A DNA stretch of 64,000 bases from contig JABDBI010000008.1 of NCBI GenBank assembly GCA_013288705.1, positions 3,036 through 67,035 on the forward strand. Reading direction: 5' to 3'. Below are positions 41,485 through 51,098 of this stretch, piece after piece; the stretch's first letter is position 1, and each line of letters starts with the position of its first letter. Origin of the DNA: Methanobacteriota archaeon (GTDB taxonomy: Bacteria; Myxococcota; UBA727; JABDBI01). The translations under genes and the position numbers were made by a program. The notes under the pieces are model-generated. The model ran no database searches, had not been told where the DNA came from, and worked only from the letters and a program-made list of their open reading frames with translations.

Positions 41485-42807
41485 TTACGCTTTTCTCAAG
41501 TGCAATGCTTTGGGTTCAGTAAACGTGCGTATTCCCTCAATAGATAGCGTCGTCCCGATGCCTGAGTGCTTGCGCCCGGTCCATGGCAAGCGGGGGCTCA
41601 CGCGATCGCAGCAGTTCCAATAGCCAGTGCCCACTTTGAGTTGGCGCAGTATCTTCTCGGATTGTTCACGCGAACGACTATATACACTCGCTGTTAAGCC
41701 GTACTCGGTGTCTTGCATCATCTGCAAAGCTTCATCGTCGTCTTGAGCCACCTGAATTCCAATCACAGGACCAAAGCTCTCCTCTCGCATGATCAGCATC
41801 TGGTGATTGGTATTTGTCACCACGGTCGGGGCGAAATAATTGCCTTGTCGCGCAAGGCGACTTCCACCGCATAACACGCGCGCACCCTTGCTTTTGGCAT
41901 CGTCCACTTGGTTTTGCAGAACATCGATTTGTGAAGGGCGAGTTAACGGCCCAATAAACGTCTTGTCATCCAGTGGATTGCCAATAACATAGCTTTCTAC
42001 TTCTTGCACAAACCTCGCCACAAATGGATCGGCAATGCGCGCGTGCACATAAATACGCTCTACAGAACAACAGCTCTGCCCAGCGTTATAGAATGCACCT
42101 TCTGCAAGCGCGCACGCAGTGGCCTCGACATCGGCATCTTCACGCACATAAGCTGGATCTTTGCCACCCAGCTCAAGCTGCATCTTGATCATGCGTGGTC
42201 CGATAGTCGCCGCAATTTTTTTGCCTGTGGTATAGGAGCCAGTAAAAAAAACAGCGTCAATCTCAGACTCGAGTAGTTTTGCTCCAACGTCACCCTCGCC
42301 CTCGATCAGAGAAAATATACCCGCCGGCACACCCGATTGTTGCAGAAGCTGCGCAATCTTTTGCCCGGTCATGGAAGCGAACTCGGATGGTTTATAAAGC
42401 ACTGCGTTGCCAGTCAAAAGCGCGGGGACAAAAACGTTGGTGCCAATAAAATAGGGATAATTCCAAGCCGAAATATTGGCGATGACACCCAGTGGCTCGC
42501 GGATGATTTGTTCCTCGATGCTATCCCCCGCGCGGCTCACTATCTGTGGCTGCATCGCGTCATCAATATGCTCAAGAAAAAAAGCAATGCGGCCATCGGT
42601 GGCTTTGATCTCGGCGCGTGCCTGGACAATTGGCTTGCCGGTCTCTTCAGACAGCGTTCGCGCTAATGCCTCGGTGTTTTCGCGCAACAAGGATCCGAAG
42701 CGTCCTATGGCTTCTTTGCGGATCTTACCCGATACATTTTGCCATAGGGGCTGCGCTCGTCTAGCCTCGGTGAGTTTCTGGGCAATGGTTTCTGGAGTGT
42801 CGGACAT
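41485..42807 (-). CDS. Aldehyde dehydrogenase
   Basis: WNYP, FTGS, LELGGKDP, NAGQSC, EESFGP. Confidence 0.93.
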   Translation of the reverse strand: MSDTPETIAQKLTEARRAQPLWQNVSGKIRKEAIGRFGSLLRENTEALARTLSEETGKPIVQARAEIKATDGRIAFFLEHIDDAMQPQIVSRAGDSIEEQIIREPLGVIANISAWNYPYFIGTNVFVPALLTGNAVLYKPSEFASMTGQKIAQLLQQSGVPAGIFSLIEGEGDVGAKLLESEIDAVFFTGSYTTGKKIAATIGPRMIKMQLELGGKDPAYVREDADVEATACALAEGAFYNAGQSCCSVERIYVHARIADPFVARFVQEVESYVIGNPLDDKTFIGPLTRPSQIDVLQNQVDDAKSKGARVLCGGSRLARQGNYFAPTVVTNTNHQMLIMREESFGPVIGIQVAQDDDEALQMMQDTEYGLTASVYSRSREQSEKILRQLKVGTGYWNCCDRVSPRLPWTGRKHSGIGTTLSIEGIRTFTEPKALHLRKA

Positions 42808-42809
42808 CG

Positions 42810-43967
42810 CTAAATCGCCTGTTTAAAAATCGCCTCGAAATCACTCGAAGTCACTGTAATCGGGTTCGACAGATGGCATGTATCAATGGTGGCGTAATGC
42901 ACCAGATCTTTGAGATGCGACTGCTTTACACCCACTTCCCTAAGCAGCGTCGGTACTTGGCAGGCTGCTTGAAGATCGCGTAGCCAATCGATGACATCTT
43001 CTGCTTTGCCATGGCCAACATCGATCATTTTCGACACGCGTTTAAACTTCTCTTCAACGTGTGGTAGATTGAACGTCATGGCATGGGGCAACATGATGCC
43101 ATTGGCGAGGCCATGGTGAAGATCGCAAACCGTGGACAGGGCATGCGCGCAAGAATGCGTGACGCCAAGACCCTTTTGAAAAGCGATTGCACCCATCATG
43201 GCTGCATTCATCATCATGCCGCGTGCATGGAGATCGCGTGCCGACGCATCCACGCACTTGGGCAAATACCGTGCGACAATCGAGATCCCCTCGAGAGCAA
43301 TGCCTTCACAAATAGGATGAAAACCCTTGGCAATGAAACTCTCGAGGAGATGGCTTAAGGCATCCATGCCAGTTGCTGCAGTCACGTGCGCCGGCAATTC
43401 CAGTGTGAGCTCTGGATCCGCTAAGACAAGTTTGGGCAGCAAACACGGATCAAAAATAATTTTCTTCACCTTGGTTTGATCGTCAGAAATGACCGTGCTT
43501 CTTCCCACTTCGCTGCCCGTGCCAGACGTTGTTGGCAACGCCACCAAGTAGGGTATAGGTTGATCAAATGGCCTTGCGTCTGCTTTGCCATCTTCGTAGT
43601 CGAACAAATGGCCCGGGTGATGAGCGAGAAGCCCGATAGCTTTTGCCACATCCATCGCCGCGCCGCCGCCGATTGCAACGATTGCGTCAGCGTTGTGTGC
43701 GCGATAGGCTTGCACGCCTTGCGCAACTTGCGACAGTGTAGGGTTGCCATAGATGCCAGAAAATGCGGCAGGCGAAAGATGATCCCGCTGCAACACGTCT
43801 AGGAACGACGAGAATACTGGCAATTTGGCAAGCCCGGCATCTGTCACAACCAAGGGGCGCCTGACGTGATTTACGCGTAGTTGGTCAGGTAGGAGATTTC
43901 TTGCCTTGGCACCAAAATAAATCGCAGTGGGAAAACTGTAGCGAACAATGTGATTCACATCATGCAT
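42810..43967 (-). CDS. Iron-containing alcohol dehydrogenase
   Basis: GGG..MD..K, PTTSGTGSE, GMDALSH, H..AH, HG. Confidence 0.92.
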   Translation of the reverse strand: MHDVNHIVRYSFPTAIYFGAKARNLLPDQLRVNHVRRPLVVTDAGLAKLPVFSSFLDVLQRDHLSPAAFSGIYGNPTLSQVAQGVQAYRAHNADAIVAIGGGAAMDVAKAIGLLAHHPGHLFDYEDGKADARPFDQPIPYLVALPTTSGTGSEVGRSTVISDDQTKVKKIIFDPCLLPKLVLADPELTLELPAHVTAATGMDALSHLLESFIAKGFHPICEGIALEGISIVARYLPKCVDASARDLHARGMMMNAAMMGAIAFQKGLGVTHSCAHALSTVCDLHHGLANGIMLPHAMTFNLPHVEEKFKRVSKMIDVGHGKAEDVIDWLRDLQAACQVPTLLREVGVKQSHLKDLVHYATIDTCHLSNPITVTSSDFEAIFKQAI

Positions 43968-43978
43968 CGGATTGGCCT

Positions 43979-45349
43979 CTAGATAATCTCGAAATAGCGT
44001 TGCATTTCAAACGACGTTACAGACTTTTGAAATTGCCTCCACTCCCACATTCTTGTGGCGGCAAAATGTTCAACGAATTGTTCGCCAAGAATTTCTCGAG
44101 CGATTGTCGATTTTTGCAAGAGCTCAGTCGCCTCAAGCAAATTGCGCGCAAGTTTTTTTCCTCGATTCTCGAGGTAAGCACTGCCTGTTACAGGCGCATC
44201 CGTGAGTGGAAGTTTATGTTCGATACCATATAGTCCGCTTGCAAGCGCGGCCGCAACCGTTAGGTAGGCGTTGATATCAGACCCCGGCACGCGTGTCTCC
44301 AATCTCGTGGAATGTGCGCTACCTGGAATCACCCGAAAAGCAACAGTTCGGTTATCCACTCCCCATGTGGTAGAGGTCGGTGCCCAGTAGCCCTCGACCA
44401 AGCGCTTGTAGCTGTTCACGTTGGGCGCAAAGAAGGGCAGTATTTCCGGCAAGAGAGCCATTTGCCCGGCTAAATAGTGCTTAAACGTCTGGCTCATCCG
44501 ACGTGGATCTTTTTCGTCGAAAAAGACATTTTTCTCGTGCTTCTCATCCCACAAACTCTGGTGCAAATGCCCGCTGCAGCCTGGCAAATTGCTGTTCCAC
44601 TTTGCCATAAAGCTTGGCATGATGCCAAAGCGGAGCCCTATTTCTTTAGCCGCCGATTTGAAAAGCACCGCACGATCAGCAGCCTCGAGCGCGTCCGAAT
44701 ACAAAATCGCGGCCTCCAAAACGCCCGGTCCAGTCTCGGTATGAAGCCCTTCGATGGGGACACGAAAATCTTGCATCTCTTCCATGAGTGCCGCAAAAAA
44801 AGGTTGATTGAGGGCTTGCCGCGTAATCGAATAGCCAAACATCCCCGGAGAAATAGGGGTCGGGTTCATATGGTTTTTATCGACAAACGATTGCGGTGTC
44901 TCTTCAAAATTAAACCATTCGAACTCAATGCCACAATTGGCAACAAATCCAGCATCTTTTGCACGCGCGATCACTGTTTTCAGTAATTGTCGCGGACAAA
45001 CGGGCAAGGGCTTTCCTGCATCATCCTCAAAGTCGGCAAGGAAAAATGGGATGTTGTCGTCCCATGGAATGTTGCGATGGGTTGCCAAGTCAATTCGCGC
45101 CTGCGCATCTGGATAGCCGTTGTGTCCGCCGGAAAATGTTGTGTTGTCGTAACAGACGTCGCCGGAATCCCAGCCAAAAATCACGCTGCAAAAGCCAAAA
45201 CCACCTCGCGCAGCATGGAGAAATTTATCTTTATGGATGTATTTTCCACGGAGCACTCCATCGATGTCTACGACCGCCACTTTCACTCTTGGGGAGTCCG
45301 AACGCACAATTTCATCGATGACGCCATCCATTGCAGCTCGATCTGGCAT
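43979..45349 (-). CDS. Glutamine synthetase-like (gamma-glutamyl amide ligase) protein
   Basis: D.DG.LRGK, E.E.F, HTETGPG..E, G.SGH.HQS, NSYKR, E.R.PG.D.N.Y. Confidence 0.88.
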   Translation of the reverse strand: MPDRAAMDGVIDEIVRSDSPRVKVAVVDIDGVLRGKYIHKDKFLHAARGGFGFCSVIFGWDSGDVCYDNTTFSGGHNGYPDAQARIDLATHRNIPWDDNIPFFLADFEDDAGKPLPVCPRQLLKTVIARAKDAGFVANCGIEFEWFNFEETPQSFVDKNHMNPTPISPGMFGYSITRQALNQPFFAALMEEMQDFRVPIEGLHTETGPGVLEAAILYSDALEAADRAVLFKSAAKEIGLRFGIMPSFMAKWNSNLPGCSGHLHQSLWDEKHEKNVFFDEKDPRRMSQTFKHYLAGQMALLPEILPFFAPNVNSYKRLVEGYWAPTSTTWGVDNRTVAFRVIPGSAHSTRLETRVPGSDINAYLTVAAALASGLYGIEHKLPLTDAPVTGSAYLENRGKKLARNLLEATELLQKSTIAREILGEQFVEHFAATRMWEWRQFQKSVTSFEMQRYFEII

Positions 45350-45452
45350 TTCGTCTCCTTGGGAATGTTGTTAAATCTAATTGAACTAAAAGCATATGTG
45401 ATGCGTCAAATCAAGTCTAACCAAAGACGTCGTCAATAATTGAGGTGTCGTA

Positions 45453-47642
45453 ATGGGTGTGAAACAATTCTGGGTGCTGGTATTCTTCACTTTCGCCGGA
45501 TTGACGCACGAGGCTCATGCAGCTTCTCAGAGCACGACTTATCCGAGCAGGCCAGCTCATCTGCTGGTCAGGCACCGGCGACATGTGAGCGCTGAGCAAG
45601 TATCGGCATTGCATGCCGTTCTAGGTACAAAGGTCGTTCGTCGCTACCAATTGCCAGATGGCCTTGAGCTTGTTCGATTGCCAGCGGGGCTCGCGGCCGA
45701 AGACGCCGCTGCGCAATATATGAATGACCCGAGCGTTCTCTATGCGGAGCCAGATTATATCGTTCATGCTTTGGATACGCCAAGCACCGCGCAATTTTCC
45801 GATCAATGGGCGCTGCATAATACTGGCCAATCCGGCGGCAAAGTAGATGTCGATATCAACGCGCTGGGAATGTGGAATTTGACAACCGGAAGTTCTGACG
45901 TTGTAATTGGTATCGTCGATACAGGAATCTCTTACAACCACCCCGCGTTGGCTGCTAATGTCTGGGTAAATCCCTTGGAAATTGCCGGCAACGGGATTGA
46001 TGACGACAACGACGGCTATATCGACGATATACATGGGATCAATGCGATCAAGAAGAACGGTGACCCTATGGATGACAACGGCCATGGCACGCACGTGGCG
46101 GGCATCATCGGTGCACAAGGGAGCAACAGCGTCAGCGGGGTAAACAAAAAGGTATCGATGATCGCATGCAAGTTTCTCGATGCAGATGGATCAGGCAACG
46201 TCAGTGATGCAATTGCCTGCCTCAATTATTTCTTGGCTTTGGCAAAGCGACAAAAATCTCCGCTCAATATCGTCGCTACCAATAATTCATGGGGTGGTGG
46301 CCCTTACTCGCAAGCGCTCTACGACGCGATTCAAGCGCAGGAGCAGCAGGGAATTCTATTTATCACAGCTGCCGACAATGCCACTGCCAATAACGACGTG
46401 GTGGATACTTATCCTGCCAACTACAAGTTGCCCAATATCATTTCTGTGGGCGCAATTGATCGAAATGATCAACTCGCACCCTTCTCTGATTATGGAAAGC
46501 ACTCTGTGCACGTGACCGCCCCAGGTGTTGATATCTTGAGCACCTATCTGAACAATGGGTACGAACTTCTGAGTGGAACTTCCATGGCAACTCCCTATGT
46601 CACAGGCATTGCTGCGATGCTGAAATCCCACGATCCGACGCTTGATTGGAAGAGCATTAAGAATCTCATTGTTGCTGGCGGAGTTCCTTCTACGGGAGCC
46701 ACCAGCACCCTTTCGGGAAGGCGCGTTCGCGGCGCGGGCACAGATGGCACAGGTTCTCTCACGTGTCAAAACCAAGTTGTGACGTCGCGTCTTGCGCCAA
46801 CGGTGGATTCGATGAGCGTTGCGATCGGTTCTGCGGTTGGCTTATCGGAGCTTAGCATTAACTGTGCTCGACCGAATGGGCCAGTGAGCGTTTCGTTAGG
46901 TGCGGCCGGCGGATCTGTGCAACTCGTTGACGACGGCACAGGAATTTTTTCCAAGCAATGGGCTCCACAGACAGCAGGTCAGTACTCACTTAACTTTCCA
47001 GGCGCCGATGTTGTGAGTGTGCTTGCCTATGATCCGAGCAATTGGGGAACTTACCAATCGCAGAGCGCACCCTTCAATTATCGAACGATTACAGGCACAC
47101 CTGTTCATATTGGGGATGACACAGTCAACACGATCACTTCGGATTTCCCTGTCCATTTCGCTGGCGATACGCGTGGATTTACGAAGCTATACGTCGACAG
47201 CAATGGTGGCATCAGCATGACTGAAAACGTGATTTTGAGTGCCGACAATGTTGCGCTGCCATTCGATTCGTTTGCGACACTCATTGCACCCTACTGGGAA
47301 GATCTGATGGGTGCGGGTAGCCAAGATGTTTACTATCAAACTCTAGGCAGTGCGCCAAACAGAGAGCTTGTGATCGAGTGGCGAGATGTACCACAATATG
47401 GGAAGCAGGCGGGGTTTACGTTTCAGGTTGTGCTTTTTGAGGATAGCTCGGATATTCTCTTTAATTACAAAAATGTCACGAGCGGCGATAACGCGTTCGA
47501 TAAGGGTGTAGTCGCAACAATTGGCGTGCAAACAAGCGCGCACGCGGCGTCTATGTTTAGCTTTCACCAAGCATCAATTGCCAATAACACGGCGCTTCTT
47601 TTCACAACGGGAGGGAAGAGCAGCAGCAACGGTGCACATTGA
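45453..47642 (+). CDS. Secreted S8 subtilase with C-terminal beta-rich domains
   Basis: VDTG, DDNGHGTHVAG, GTSMATP; C-terminal IAPYW.DL / VIEW..V / TFQVVLFE module. Confidence 0.92.
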   Translation: MGVKQFWVLVFFTFAGLTHEAHAASQSTTYPSRPAHLLVRHRRHVSAEQVSALHAVLGTKVVRRYQLPDGLELVRLPAGLAAEDAAAQYMNDPSVLYAEPDYIVHALDTPSTAQFSDQWALHNTGQSGGKVDVDINALGMWNLTTGSSDVVIGIVDTGISYNHPALAANVWVNPLEIAGNGIDDDNDGYIDDIHGINAIKKNGDPMDDNGHGTHVAGIIGAQGSNSVSGVNKKVSMIACKFLDADGSGNVSDAIACLNYFLALAKRQKSPLNIVATNNSWGGGPYSQALYDAIQAQEQQGILFITAADNATANNDVVDTYPANYKLPNIISVGAIDRNDQLAPFSDYGKHSVHVTAPGVDILSTYLNNGYELLSGTSMATPYVTGIAAMLKSHDPTLDWKSIKNLIVAGGVPSTGATSTLSGRRVRGAGTDGTGSLTCQNQVVTSRLAPTVDSMSVAIGSAVGLSELSINCARPNGPVSVSLGAAGGSVQLVDDGTGIFSKQWAPQTAGQYSLNFPGADVVSVLAYDPSNWGTYQSQSAPFNYRTITGTPVHIGDDTVNTITSDFPVHFAGDTRGFTKLYVDSNGGISMTENVILSADNVALPFDSFATLIAPYWEDLMGAGSQDVYYQTLGSAPNRELVIEWRDVPQYGKQAGFTFQVVLFEDSSDILFNYKNVTSGDNAFDKGVVATIGVQTSAHAASMFSFHQASIANNTALLFTTGGKSSSNGAH

Positions 47643-47668
47643 TACATGCTGCCGCCCTTCCCGGGCGC

Positions 47669-47923
47669 TTACCCGTGATTTGTTTCTTTTTGCTTCCAAA
47701 ACTTGAGAGCTTTCTCGAAGTTGCTTTCTTGTGCGGGCGCTTGGCTACTGGCAGTCGTCTGCGTGCCTGTGTGAGCTGAGCCGGTTTTGGCTTCCCAGAA
47801 ATCATGGAGTTCTGTAAAGGGCTCCGATCGCTCAGGGATCAAGGCCTCTGTCGCATTGTCTGAAGTCTGCTGGGCGGTTTGACTGGCGTTTTGGGCTTGG
47901 GGTTGGCTGATGATTGTGGGCAT
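47669..47923 (-). CDS. Small orphan protein with two F-x6-W motifs
   Basis: Strong RBS AGGAGGA upstream; Q/T/A-rich 84-aa ORF. Confidence 0.6.
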   Translation of the reverse strand: MPTIISQPQAQNASQTAQQTSDNATEALIPERSEPFTELHDFWEAKTGSAHTGTQTTASSQAPAQESNFEKALKFWKQKETNHG

Positions 47924-48012
47924 GGTGTTCCTCCTGTGTTTGGTTCTAGAAGGTAGGACATTATTTTGGCTAAGAATTGGCCATATCTGCCGAGATGGTT
48001 ATAATTAGTAGC

Positions 48013-48723
48013 ATGCCGAGTCGTATCTCATCTGGTGGAATGTCGAGCACAATCAACCCGTTTGGGCCACAGTGGCCGAAGGCTACCGAAGGGGCCAAGG
48101 AGGCCAGGCCGGTAGGGGACCAGGTAGAGGAGGCGCTGTTTGGCAAGCGCAAGCCACCTGTACTAGACGAAGATGACTTTCCAGAAGTCACAGAGATTTT
48201 GGCTCTGCTTGATAAGTACCGAAAGAAATTTGCTGTGATGGTGGGAGATCAAGAGAAAGACTATCGGCTCCAACTTGCCGACGGTACCTTAGCGATGATC
48301 GACGGCCACGGAACGATATTTATTGGTGTGCGGTTTTTGCTTAAATTTCAGAAAAACCCGAGTGTGCTCATTGGTGCCCTCGCACATGAGGTTGGCCACA
48401 GGCCACACCGATGGGCAGAGTACAAGACCAAGAAAGATCTGAACCGTGAAGAGATCAATGAACTTTGTCGATTTGAAGAGACGCGCGCAGATCTGTTCGC
48501 GGGGCGCGCGATGGCTGAGGTGAACATTAGCCCAGAGCCAATGATCCAATTTCTCGAGGAGATCGAGGAAGGTCCACATCCCGACTATTTTCCGGCAAAG
48601 ATGCGTGCCGACGTCATTCGCGAAGGTTATAACGAACAAAAATCAAAGGTCAATAATCGCAAAAAGATGTGGCCTGAGCTGGACAGGGCGACCGCAGCGC
48701 GTTTGCATCTCGGCGACTTCTAG
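48013..48723 (+). CDS. Zincin-like (M48-type) metalloprotease domain protein
   Basis: GALAHEVGH plus downstream E.RAD.FAG; start uncertain. Confidence 0.65.
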   Translation: MPSRISSGGMSSTINPFGPQWPKATEGAKEARPVGDQVEEALFGKRKPPVLDEDDFPEVTEILALLDKYRKKFAVMVGDQEKDYRLQLADGTLAMIDGHGTIFIGVRFLLKFQKNPSVLIGALAHEVGHRPHRWAEYKTKKDLNREEINELCRFEETRADLFAGRAMAEVNISPEPMIQFLEEIEEGPHPDYFPAKMRADVIREGYNEQKSKVNNRKKMWPELDRATAARLHLGDF

Positions 48724-48728
48724 TGTTT

Positions 48729-50090
48729 TTACATCAGCCATTTTGCTATTTTCATCCCCATCGCGCGAAACGGCGGGTAGCGTAGTGGGATATCTACATA
48801 TGTGCTGCCCATCACCACAGCTTTTTGATGGCTAAACGTATTAAACCCAAAGTGCCCATGGTAAGCACCCATGCCGCTTGCCCCAATGCCACCAAATGGT
48901 AAATCGGGAACGACGGTATGCACCAACACATCGTTGATGCACAGCCCACCCGAGCTGGTGTTTAACTGCACCGTTTTTTGCAGTTCGGGGTCTTTGGAAA
49001 ACAAATACAGCGCCAATGGTTTGTCGCGCTTATTCACAAATTGAATGGCCTCTTCCATATGCGCGACGGTCACCACCGGCAAAATCGGACCAAAAATCTC
49101 CTCTTGCATCACCGGTGACTCCGGATCTACATCCGACAAAATCGTCGGCGCGACATACTTTTCTTTGACATCTACTTCCCCACCACAGCTGATCACCTGC
49201 CCCTCGAGCAGAGCAGCGAGCCGATTCACATGCGCCTCACTCACAATGCGACCATAGTCTTTGCTGGTCTTGGGCGTATCGCCATAAAAAACTGAGATGT
49301 ACTTCTGCATTGCCTCGATCAGTGGCTTCTTAATAGATTCATGTGCAAGCACATAGTCGGGCGCGATGCATGTCTGCCCGGCATTCATAAATCTTCCCCA
49401 GACAATGCGCTTGGCCGCAATTTCGAGTTCAACTTTTCTATCGACAATAGCGGGGCTCTTGCCGCCAAGTTCAAGGGTCACTGGCGTTAAATATTTGGCC
49501 GCTTTCTCAAGCACGATTCTGCCTACGCGTTGGCCGCCGGTGTAAAAAATGTGGTCAAATTTCTCTTCGAGAAGCGCTGCGGATTCTTTTGCGCCGCCTT
49601 CCACCACGCAAACGCAGCTTTGGTCGAGATATTTTGGTACCAGCGTGGCGATGATCTTCGACGCATGAGGCGCCAACTCAGATGGCTTGAGCAAAACACA
49701 ATTACCCGCCGCGAGAGCCGGTATCAACGGTCCCAGCACAAGCTGTAAGGGATAATTCCATGCGCCCAGAATGAGCACGACACCAAGTGGCTCGGGCTGT
49801 ATAAAACTCTTGGCCGGCGCATTGACAATCGGCGTGCATACGCGACGTGCTTTCATCCAGCGCGACAAGTTCTTTCGTGCGTGCTCGATTTCCGCGCGGA
49901 TAGTCGCGATATCAGCCACATAGGCTTCAAACGCTGGCCGACCGAGATCTTGCGCCAGAGCTTGAATGAGTGCGTCCTCATTTTCTTTAAATAACCGATC
50001 GAGGGCATCGAGCTGGCCGTCTCGCCATTCTTCTGTTTTGGTGGTTCCAAGAAAAAACGAATGTCGGAGTTTTTCAATCACGTCGATCAT
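48729..50090 (-). CDS. Aldehyde dehydrogenase (ALDH3/fatty aldehyde type)
   Basis: EPLGVVLILGAWNYP, LELGGKSP, NAGQTCIAPDY, PFGGIG.SGMGAYHG. Confidence 0.93.
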   Translation of the reverse strand: MIDVIEKLRHSFFLGTTKTEEWRDGQLDALDRLFKENEDALIQALAQDLGRPAFEAYVADIATIRAEIEHARKNLSRWMKARRVCTPIVNAPAKSFIQPEPLGVVLILGAWNYPLQLVLGPLIPALAAGNCVLLKPSELAPHASKIIATLVPKYLDQSCVCVVEGGAKESAALLEEKFDHIFYTGGQRVGRIVLEKAAKYLTPVTLELGGKSPAIVDRKVELEIAAKRIVWGRFMNAGQTCIAPDYVLAHESIKKPLIEAMQKYISVFYGDTPKTSKDYGRIVSEAHVNRLAALLEGQVISCGGEVDVKEKYVAPTILSDVDPESPVMQEEIFGPILPVVTVAHMEEAIQFVNKRDKPLALYLFSKDPELQKTVQLNTSSGGLCINDVLVHTVVPDLPFGGIGASGMGAYHGHFGFNTFSHQKAVVMGSTYVDIPLRYPPFRAMGMKIAKWLM

Positions 50091-50156
50091 GCGAAACTTT
50101 TAGCACCCGTCGTCGATAAATCAACAGATTCCAACCGCAAATCGACGAGGGTAGCC

Positions 50157-50510
50157 ATGGTAGACCGAATCATAAAACTGACCGTTGCGATGGTACTTTC
50201 TCTGTTTGCTGTTTCCGCAAGCGCCCAAGGCCAAGTTGGATCACCCTGCACCACCGATGCAAACTGCGAAGCTGGATCTGTCTGCACGCCGGAGAGCGAC
50301 GAAAATGGCGCGACGGGGTTTGTTGGTGGCTACTGCATGAAATTTGACTGCACGTTTGAACAAACGATGTGTGGCGAAGGTGGCACTTGTGTAATTGATA
50401 ACTCCATGAACGTGAGCATGTGTTTGGCATCATGCCGCATAGACACGGACTGCCGTGCAGGCTATCGCTGTCAGGGCGGCACGGTGTGTTTGCCGGGGAA
50501 TCGATCGTAG
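50157..50510 (+). CDS. Small secreted Cys-rich protein
   Basis: Signal peptide; GSPC..D..C, GGYC...C, C..DTDCRAGYRC. Confidence 0.7.
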   Translation: MVDRIIKLTVAMVLSLFAVSASAQGQVGSPCTTDANCEAGSVCTPESDENGATGFVGGYCMKFDCTFEQTMCGEGGTCVIDNSMNVSMCLASCRIDTDCRAGYRCQGGTVCLPGNRS

Positions 50511-50517
50511 GTAAAAA

Positions 50518-51096
50518 ATGGCATGGACCCGCGAACAAATGGCCGCGCGCGCAGCGCAAGACATTCACGATGGTGAGATCGTCAACCTAGGCATCGGTAT
50601 CCCAACGCTTGTCGCCAATTACCTCGATGGACGCGACGTCGTTATCCACTCCGAAAATGGTTTGCTCGGCATGGGTCCCTTTCCTTTCGAAGGTGAAGAG
50701 GATCCACAAATCGTCAATGCCGGTAAGCAAACCGTTACCATTTTACCTGGCGGCAGTACCTTTGACTCAACACTAAGCTTTGCCATGGTGCGTGGTGGGC
50801 ATGTCGATGTCGCTATTTTGGGCGGCATGCAGGTTTCGGCGCATGGTGACTTGGCTAACTGGGCAGTGCCGGGGGAAAAAGTCACCGGCATGGGTGGGGC
50901 GATGGATTTGGCGAGTGGTGCCAAACGGGTGATTTGTTTGATGATGCACCACGATAAAAATGGCAAGTCAAAATTGGTCCCGGAGTGTACCTTGCCACTC
51001 ACCGGACTTCGCTGTGTGAACCGCGTGATTACTGATCTCGGCGTGTTTGATATCGCGGAAGATGGCGGTTTTACGCCTGTTGAGATGGCGGCGTAG
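50518..51096 (+). CDS. scoB: 3-oxoacid CoA-transferase subunit B, C-terminally shortened
   Basis: NLGIGIPT, SENG catalytic motif, GMGGAMDL, CTLPLTG; ends at VEMAA*. Confidence 0.88.
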   Translation: MAWTREQMAARAAQDIHDGEIVNLGIGIPTLVANYLDGRDVVIHSENGLLGMGPFPFEGEEDPQIVNAGKQTVTILPGGSTFDSTLSFAMVRGGHVDVAILGGMQVSAHGDLANWAVPGEKVTGMGGAMDLASGAKRVICLMMHHDKNGKSKLVPECTLPLTGLRCVNRVITDLGVFDIAEDGGFTPVEMAA

Positions 51097-51098
51097 CG

